This document shows, in pieces, positions 10,443 to 16,841 of a stretch of 64,000 nt of DNA (the stretch's first letter is position 1; every line of letters begins with the position of its first letter). The stretch comes from an uncultured Anaerolineaceae bacterium (GTDB taxonomy: Bacteria > Chloroflexota > Anaerolineae > Aggregatilineales > Phototrophicaceae), in the NCBI GenBank assembly GCA_964455365.1, contig CAYVVZ010000011.1, forward strand, positions 29,607 through 93,606, given 5' to 3'. A model generated the notes under the pieces. It worked only from the letters and a program-made list of their open reading frames with translations, was not told the origin of the DNA and searched no databases. The position numbers were made by a program, and so were the translations under genes.

Positions 10443-10800
10443 GTTTCCACCCTCATAAAATCACATAACACTTTGAAAACCTTGTTTTCAATTCATGTTA
10501 AGGGAGGACTAATAACCAGCCTCCCTTACCAAAAGTGCGCCCAAAGCCCCTAGATTTATCTATGGGGATGTAGGGCGCGTGGTGCATGTGGCTGGATTTT
10601 GTCCCGGAAATTGTCGGACAAAATACGCCACGCCACCACAGTTTGTGGTATAATCTGGATGTCGTACAGAAGCAGAATAGGCTCAGACGACTTTTGCAGT
10701 ATTGGATGGGACGCATCCATGTTGCATAACGTAGCCCATTGGGGCAAGCGTGCAACAGAAGCCCCCGAATTTATTCGTGGGGAGCGTCACTTAAACTAAG

Positions 10801-10850
10801 TGCTAAGAGACTGCGCTCAACAATCTCTTTTGCTTTTTATATAGGATTAT
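10801..10850 (+). repeat. copy 2 of the 50-bp hairpin/T-tract repeat
   Basis: tgctaagagactgcgctcaacaatctcttttgctttttatataggattat versus 9528-9577 (46 of 50 identical). It ends 5 nt from the stop of the 202-aa ORF. Confidence 0.8.
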
Positions 10851-10855
10851 TCTCC

Positions 10856-11464
10856 TTAGCATATAAGGCATGAATCAAAGTAATTCATGAACAATGCTAG
10901 GGCTACCCCAATGATTGATGTCAAAAGGATTAGATATCTACTACACCTGACGTGATGACATTTAATTAATCGCAAAACAAATACACAAATTACCATGGAT
11001 AAGTTAATATAAGAAAAATACCAAGTTAGATGAAAAACCTTAACAATGTGACCTGATTCTAATATTATTAAGAATGCACACGTCGCCACCACTAATCCTA
11101 TACATAATGGCACAGGTTGCAAGAAGTTACCTAATGCCTTTGGGTAGACATTAGGATCAGCTGACATATGCCAAACAGCGAGCAAACAAACAACATACCA
11201 GACCGGGAGTGCTCCAAAGACTCTCAAAACCCCCCACAAGGATAGTTGCCCGTCAGTCACCTGAAATCCTCTAAGGGAGATTATAATCATTGTGATCGCG
11301 ACCAGAGCTACCAAATGCCTTAAGGGGAAAGTAGCATAATTCTCGTCACCATCATCTAGATTAATTTTATGATTATATGACCCGTTAAACAAAAACAATG
11401 TCAATAATGGTATTGCAGCTACAATGGGGGACAAGAGTATCTTCAGAAGAATCGCCATTGCCAT
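10856..11464 (-). CDS. orphan hypothetical membrane protein, low-GC
   Basis: 202-aa ORF with about six hydrophobic segments. A hand-counted line gives about 32 percent G+C. No recognisable family. Confidence 0.55.
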   Translation of the reverse strand: MAMAILLKILLSPIVAAIPLLTLFLFNGSYNHKINLDDGDENYATFPLRHLVALVAITMIIISLRGFQVTDGQLSLWGVLRVFGALPVWYVVCLLAVWHMSADPNVYPKALGNFLQPVPLCIGLVVATCAFLIILESGHIVKVFHLTWYFSYINLSMVICVFVLRLIKCHHVRCSRYLILLTSIIGVALALFMNYFDSCLIC

Positions 11465-11496
11465 ACGAAGTTAATCCTTAAAACCCATTCAGAATA

Positions 11497-11530
11497 GAGT
11501 GTAAAAGAGATTCAACTCTCTTTTACACTC
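11497..11530. promoter_or_regulatory. perfect 13-bp-stem hairpin/palindrome upstream of the 202-aa membrane ORF
   Basis: gagtgtaaaagag attcaact ctcttttacactc lies 33-66 nt upstream of start codon 11464. No T-tract on either strand. Confidence 0.35.
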
Positions 11531-11777
11531 AGTAGAGTAGTTTTCCTCCTAAACAGCATATACTAAAGACGGGAGACTACCCTACGCTAGCCTAACGTGA
11601 ACTATGTGATGAATACATAACTAACTCTCTGCTTGAACAACAATTTGTGCAACACCTGACAATCATAGCCCTCTCATTTGCCACATCTCCGTTCGAAGGA
11701 TTATCATGGGTTAGAAACCGAACCTTGATTCACCCTGGCACTGTCGCCGGGGTGTGCTTTGATGGGAGCCAGTATCC

Positions 11778-12734
11778 ATGTTTGAGAATGTCGGTCAGGT
11801 GACAATTGGCCTGAGTGAACAGCAGTACATCGCCACAGAAGAAATCTCCACCGTGACCTTCCTCGCCCAGCAGTTGGGGAAACCCCTCCTGGCAGAAGGT
11901 CCCGCCGGGGTCGGCAAGACGGAACTCGCCAAAGCTTATGCACGCGCCACCGGAATGCCCTTCATCCGCCTGCAATGCTATGAAGGGCTGGATGAGAGCA
12001 AGGCGCTTTACGAATGGGAATACGCCAAGCAGATGCTCTACACGCAGCTTCTGCGCGACAAACTCAGCCAGATTCTTTCTGGCGCGGAAAGTCTCAGCGA
12101 AGCAGCGGATCGTTTGGGCGAAGAAGAAGATGTCTTCTTCAGCGAGCGCTTCCTGCTGGCGCGTCCGCTGCTGAAAACGGTCATGAGCGATGAGCGCGTC
12201 GTCCTCTTGATTGATGAAATTGACCGCGCCGATGCCGAGTTTGAAGCCTTCCTGCTGGAAATCCTCAGCGACTTTCAGGTATCCGTGCCGGAATTGGGGA
12301 CGATTGTCGCCAAGCATCGCCCCGTCGTCTTCCTCACCAGCAACAACACCCGCGAACTATCGGAAGCCCTCAAGCGCCGCTGCCTCTACCTCTTCGTGGA
12401 TTACCCGGATCATGACAGCGAATTGAACATCATTCGTATGCGTGTGCCGGAGATGAGCGAGAAGCTGGCATCGCAAGCGGTGGAAGTGGTGCAGAGCCTG
12501 CGCGGACTCGACCTGAAGAAAAATCCCAGTGTGAGTGAAACGCTGGATTGGGCGAAGGCGCTGGTGATGCTGAACGCCGATGCCATTGATGAAAGCACAC
12601 TGGAAAATACGCTGACGGTGCTGCTGAAGCATGAAAGCGATGTTCAGAAAGCACGCCGCGCCCTGCTGCGTAATCAACCCAATGACCTCGATCCCGGACG
12701 CAGCAGCGGTCGCTATGGTCGCGGTGCATGGTAA
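11778..12734 (+). CDS. MoxR-like AAA+ ATPase
   Basis: Walker A GPAGVGKT, Walker B VVLLIDEIDRA and the MoxR-type segment LQCYEGLDESKALYEWEY. 318 aa. Confidence 0.85.
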   Translation: MFENVGQVTIGLSEQQYIATEEISTVTFLAQQLGKPLLAEGPAGVGKTELAKAYARATGMPFIRLQCYEGLDESKALYEWEYAKQMLYTQLLRDKLSQILSGAESLSEAADRLGEEEDVFFSERFLLARPLLKTVMSDERVVLLIDEIDRADAEFEAFLLEILSDFQVSVPELGTIVAKHRPVVFLTSNNTRELSEALKRRCLYLFVDYPDHDSELNIIRMRVPEMSEKLASQAVEVVQSLRGLDLKKNPSVSETLDWAKALVMLNADAIDESTLENTLTVLLKHESDVQKARRALLRNQPNDLDPGRSSGRYGRGAW

Positions 12735-12839
12735 CGTGATTTTCGCGTGGCATTCATGGGGACACCGGATGAGGTATCCCCATACATGATCCCTTTTGGG
12801 TTGGGCGGTTATTTATTCACTGACCCAAGGAGGTTCGCC

Positions 12840-13640
12840 TCAGCAGCAGGAGAAGGGACTGGCAACCTGTGGCTTCGTCGCAGTGATGCGGGCGCTGTAG
12901 ACACGCGGCATACCTTCGCGCACAGGCACAACCTTATCGGCATCAACCTTATCCACAATCTGGATGTTCACGAAACCAGCTTCGCGCATCAGCCCGGTAT
13001 AGGCTTCTACATCAATTGCACCCGTCACACATTCTGACCACTTGTCCAGGTCAGCACGCAGTTCTTCGCTGAATTCGCCTTCGGTCACAATATCGCTGAT
13101 GGATACGCGCCCGCCCGGTTTCAGCACGCGGAAGGCTTCTTTGAATACCGAGGCTTTATCCGGCGAGAGGTTAATCACACAGTTGGACATGATGACATCC
13201 ACGCTGTTATTGTCCACGGGCATATCTTCAATGCGGCCTTTGCGGAAGTCTACATTGGTCACGCCCATGCGTTCTTTGTTGGCGTTGGCTTTTTCCAGCA
13301 TGGCATCAGTCATATCCACGCCGATGACCGAGCCAGTTTCGCCCACACGCTCTGCCGCCAGGAAGCAATCAATGCCGCCGCCGCTGCCCAGGTCAAGCAC
13401 CGTTTCGCCTGCTTGCAGGCTGGCAATGCTCACCGGATCACCACATCCGAGCGAGAGTCCGGTAACATCAATAGGCAGATTTTCCAGCATTTCGCCAGCG
13501 TAGAGGCTGTCGGCAGTCGTGCATTCCCCACCGTCTCCGCAGCAAGAGCCGCCTTCGGTTGCAATTTTGCCGTACCGTTCTTGCACGCCTTCGTAGATTG
13601 TCACATTGGTCGTGTTAGTTTCCATGTTTCTACTCTCCAT
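12840..13640 (-). CDS. arsM: arsenite S-adenosylmethionine methyltransferase-like protein
   Basis: SAM motif [11 protein letters not shown], an N-terminal Cys cluster [11 protein letters not shown] and a C-terminal CC. Downstream of arsR on the same strand. Confidence 0.75.
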   Translation of the reverse strand: MESRNMETNTTNVTIYEGVQERYGKIATEGGSCCGDGGECTTADSLYAGEMLENLPIDVTGLSLGCGDPVSIASLQAGETVLDLGSGGGIDCFLAAERVGETGSVIGVDMTDAMLEKANANKERMGVTNVDFRKGRIEDMPVDNNSVDVIMSNCVINLSPDKASVFKEAFRVLKPGGRVSISDIVTEGEFSEELRADLDKWSECVTGAIDVEAYTGLMREAGFVNIQIVDKVDADKVVPVREGMPRVYSARITATKPQVASPFSCC

Positions 13641-13686
13641 TTATCGAAGTTTGTCGATATGTTTGCCAAAAAAAGAGCGGTGGAGT

Positions 13687-14013
13687 CTATTCCACCACAG
13701 GGATTTTGTCTACTGGTACGAGGTTCGCCGCATAATCCGGGGCAAATGAACGCACCAATAACCCGCAGCATGTCGTCAAATATTCCTGATTCAGGGTGTA
13801 GTAGCGATGCTTGCCTTCCCTGCGCACGAGAACCAGCTTCGCTTCTTCCAGCTTCTTCAGGTGATGACTGACGGTTGGTTGGTTGACCTGATGGTCGCTG
13901 CCATCGAGCTTATCCACAATATCGGATACGCTCAACCACACACAGCAGAGATGACTCATGATCTCTTGCCGTGTCTCGTCTGCCAGTGCCTTTGCAAAGG
14001 TTACAGTATCCAT
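13687..14013 (-). CDS. arsR: ArsR/SmtB-family metalloregulator
   Basis: 108 aa. CCVWLSVSDIV metal-site/HTH segment and QPTVSHHLKKL recognition helix. Confidence 0.85.
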   Translation of the reverse strand: MDTVTFAKALADETRQEIMSHLCCVWLSVSDIVDKLDGSDHQVNQPTVSHHLKKLEEAKLVLVRREGKHRYYTLNQEYLTTCCGLLVRSFAPDYAANLVPVDKIPVVE

Positions 14014-14170
14014 AGCCTCATCATATTGATATTTTTCGATTTGTCAAGGGATTCACTTTGGCTGCGTGCATTTCAGATTGTTGGCAAGTGACAACACTTC
14101 GGCCTACAGTGCCATATGCTGAAGCAACAAGAGCAGTGGGGATCACAGTGAAGGCGCTCTGACCTGCCGC

Positions 14171-14330
14171 ACACAGTCCCCTTTGGTGGACTTGTCAGTT
14201 TCTAGCTGGATGGCTTCAGCCGCCAGCGGCACGAAAAACAGCGCGATACGAATTTCTTTGTGTCCTTCGTGCCTTTGTGGTTCAAATCGTTTTGAAGCAA
14301 TTGGGAGCGCACACGGGACGCTCCCCTACT
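14171..14330 (+). repeat. 160-bp intergenic repeat, copy 1 of 2 (contains family-A core)
   Basis: Aligns end to end with 39218-39375 in the same orientation at about 90 percent identity by eye. Contains ttctttgtgtccttcgtgcctttgtggttcaaatcgttttg and the hairpin gggagcg...cgctccc. Confidence 0.85.
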
Positions 14331-14368
14331 TCGGATTCAGCGTACCAGATACATCTGAATCTAAATTG

Positions 14369-14462
14369 TAGGGTGGCAATTTCGGGCACGACATGTCGCG
14401 CCCTACGGTAGAAACCTGGTTTTTGTAGGGGTGGATCATGATCCGCCCGCGCCAATAAACCT
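14369..14462. repeat. family-B palindromic modules
   Basis: cgggcacgacatgtcgcgccc and ggggtggatcatgatccgccc hairpins separated by ctacggtagaaacctggtttttgta. The reverse complement recurs at 52024-52095. Confidence 0.8.
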
Positions 14463-14482
14463 TTTTCCGTGATGCCACTATA

Positions 14483-15397
14483 TCACGGCTGTGTGACTGC
14501 ATTTGCCCGTTTGCGACGTGGCATTACCAGAACCGCCAGCCCCAAAAACAGGATCACCAGCCCCACCAGGGCGCTCCCGCTGAGGCGTTCCCCCAGCAGC
14601 ACAATCCCCAGGATGGTCGCAGTCAACGGTTCCGCCAGGGTCAGCGTACCGACCACCGAAACCGGAACGGTGCGCAACCCTCGCCCGAAGAACACATAAG
14701 CCAGGCCTGTCGCCAGCACTCCCAGGTGCGCCAGCATAATCAAGCCACGCGGAGTCACCATCCAGCTTGTATCGACAAAGAACAGCGTCGGCAGCATCAA
14801 CACCGCGCCGATGAAGAAGGCCACCGCCATCACCGCATCAGACGGAAGTTTATCTACCAGGCGACTGCTGAAAAGTGTCAGCACGGCGTAGGACAACCCC
14901 GCGCCAAGCGAGAGCAAAATCCCCAGTGGATCAATTAGCATATTCTCTCCGCCGGACATCACCAGCAAAGCGCTCCCAACGATGGCTAAGGCGGTTGCCA
15001 GAACCCAGCGGCGGCTGAGGGTTTCCCCCTGCACCAATGCGCCGAGCGCACCCGCAAACAGCGGCGAACTACCAATCCCCACGAGCGTCCCGACGGCAAC
15101 GCCCGTCAGTGAAACTCCGGCGAAGAAGGTTAACTGGTAAAGCGCGGCACAGACTCCGGCTCCGAGCATGTTCCACGAGAACCACGCCGGATTGCGCTGG
15201 AAGTTGCGCCGCTGCAAGGCCAGCAAAAACAGCACCGCGCCGCCAATCACCAGCCGCATCGTGCCAACAGCCAGCGGGGTTGCGCCTTCGGGAGCCAGTG
15301 CCTGGGATGTCCCGGTGGTTCCCCACAGAGTCGCCGCCAGAATGATCCAGATGCGCCCATCAATAGCAATCGTTGAGGAAGTCGTTTCTGCTTTCAG
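14483..15397 (-). CDS. EamA/DMT-family transporter
   Basis: The track ORF 14483-15259 is polytopic. The same frame stays open up to 15418 and encodes the conserved first helix (IDGRIWIILAATLWGTTGTSQAL). That stretch has no ATG/GTG/TTG, so the 5' end is set provisionally at CTG 15397. Confidence 0.65.
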   Translation of the reverse strand: MKAETTSSTIAIDGRIWIILAATLWGTTGTSQALAPEGATPLAVGTMRLVIGGAVLFLLALQRRNFQRNPAWFSWNMLGAGVCAALYQLTFFAGVSLTGVAVGTLVGIGSSPLFAGALGALVQGETLSRRWVLATALAIVGSALLVMSGGENMLIDPLGILLSLGAGLSYAVLTLFSSRLVDKLPSDAVMAVAFFIGAVLMLPTLFFVDTSWMVTPRGLIMLAHLGVLATGLAYVFFGRGLRTVPVSVVGTLTLAEPLTATILGIVLLGERLSGSALVGLVILFLGLAVLVMPRRKRANAVTQP

Positions 15398-15559
15398 TTT
15401 GGTTTTCCTGGGTGTCGTTCATGAAATGTTACAGTGCAAGCACTATCGCTCAAAATGTGGAACTTCTCAAGCACAGTTTTGCAGACTTGTTGGGAAAACC
15501 GAGAATCATTCTGGAACTATTTGCCACGCTGGAACGTTAGTATTCATAGGCGCTCGATC

Positions 15560-16324
15560 ATGAGCTGCTGTCACATACACACAGGGAGAACGAAATTGAA
15601 GAAGCTCAGTATTACCCTCATCACAGTTGTGAGCCTGCTCCTGCTGGCAGTCATGCCATCCCTGGCGCAGGAAACTGTACAACCTAATACCATCACCGTG
15701 ACTGGCACAGGCAGTGCGTCCGGCGCACCGGATATTGCCAACCTGGAAATCGGCGTGGAAACCACCGATCCTGATCTGGCAACGGCGTATGCCGAGACCA
15801 ATGATCGCATCGACACGGTGATTGCTGCACTGGTCGAAGCGGGTGTGGCGCGGGAAGATATTCGCACCGTCGGCCTGAATGTCTACCAGGATCGCTACGG
15901 CGGCCCCAATCCGCAGATGTCAGAAAATGGCGAACCAACCCCCGTATACATTGTATCCAACAGCATCCGCGTAACGGTGCGAGACATTGCCAATGTGCCG
16001 ACTGTACTCAACGCCGCCATTGATGCCGGAGCCAACAACATCTACGGCCTCAACTTCGGCATTGAAGATACGGATGCACTCGCCAGTGATGCCCGCGCCG
16101 CAGCACTCGAAGATGCGCGGCAGAAAGCCCAGGAACTCGCAGGGCTGGCAGAAGTTGAACTTGGCAGCATTGTGAGCATTGTAGAAACCAGCGGCGGATT
16201 TGATCCTTATAACCAGTACGCACTCGAGTCTGCTGGTATGGGCGGTGGCGGTGGCGCTACTATTGAACCAGGGCAGCTTTCGGTGAATGTACACCTGCGG
16301 GTAACGTTCCGCATCGGTGGGTAA
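15560..16324 (+). CDS. SIMPL/DUF541-family secreted protein
   Basis: Signal peptide KKLSITLITVVSLLLLAVMPSLAQ, then TVTGTGSASGAPDIANLEIGVET, typical of SIMPL. An alternative TTG start at 15596 has gggaga upstream. The track start 15434 is probably too far upstream. Confidence 0.75.
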   Translation: MSCCHIHTGRTKLKKLSITLITVVSLLLLAVMPSLAQETVQPNTITVTGTGSASGAPDIANLEIGVETTDPDLATAYAETNDRIDTVIAALVEAGVAREDIRTVGLNVYQDRYGGPNPQMSENGEPTPVYIVSNSIRVTVRDIANVPTVLNAAIDAGANNIYGLNFGIEDTDALASDARAAALEDARQKAQELAGLAEVELGSIVSIVETSGGFDPYNQYALESAGMGGGGGATIEPGQLSVNVHLRVTFRIGG

Positions 16325-16390
16325 AACGTGTGTAGGGGACGATTCATCAATCGTCCCTTATCATTTCATTATACAGTGTTGCGAGCATAC

Positions 16391-16817
16391 CAGGGCAATC
16401 GCCTCAAATTTACCTGGGACTTGCAAGACAAGAAAATGATCAAAACGACGAACTCAACCGGGGATCAATGCACCAGACCGGGCGAAAACACGTTGATTTC
16501 GGACGATCCGGCGGATTATTGTCATCAGAAGAAAGAGTTATGGTTGTCGTTTTTGGCGTTTCCGGGCACGACATGTCGTGCCCCTACAGTCGGTGCGTAG
16601 TTTTTGTAGAGGCCGAACATATTCAGCCCGCGCCAATAAACCCATCCCTATTATCCCGCGTGGATCGACCCTACGCTTTTCTTCGTGTCCTTCGTGGTTC
16701 AAATCGTTTTGGTGCGATCAACCTGGTGAGCATACACGATGGCTTTTCAGAACTGACACTTTTGCTGTATTCTTCGTGTCCTTTGTGCCTTTGTGGTTCA
16801 ATTGGTTCTGGTGTGGA
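16391..16817 (+). repeat. composite mosaic repeat (modules C, B, A, A)
   Basis: C 16391-16528 matches 51869-52006. B includes the perfect 20-nt palindrome gggcacgacatgtcgtgccc at 16564-16583. A cores lie at 16677-16720 and 16769-16817. Confidence 0.8.
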
Positions 16818-16841
16818 TGCTCTGGTGTAGGAGGCGCAGGC

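Noticed and set aside
10599-10799. 66-aa ORF in the GC-normal spacer; its end (WGKRATEAPEF) faintly resembles the uppS C-terminus ([10 protein letters not shown]), suggesting a duplicated uppS 3' remnant together with the duplicated terminator
   Set aside because: The similarity is too short and weak to assert by eye, and the upstream part does not align with UppS. A tblastx or pairwise alignment would be needed.
9528-10850. The 50-bp direct repeats as prophage attL/attR or integron attC sites
   Set aside because: There is no integrase or IntI gene, no recognisable attC R/L box structure, and only one of the two low-GC cassettes lies between the copies. I kept it as a descriptive finding only.
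14171-16817. Could the short GC-rich repeats be a CRISPR array?
   Set aside because: The copies are heterogeneous modules, are not regularly spaced, have no unique spacers of constant length and are scattered over 45 kb. No cas genes are present.
16578-16841. N-terminal extensions of track ORFs (16578-16841, 22770-22922, 25472-25648, 55930-56097, 8672-8746, 36349-36450, 43198-43302, 51770-51820)
   Set aside because: The extensions run through intergenic repeat modules or the preceding gene. Internal starts with an RBS, a signal peptide or start-stop coupling fit better.
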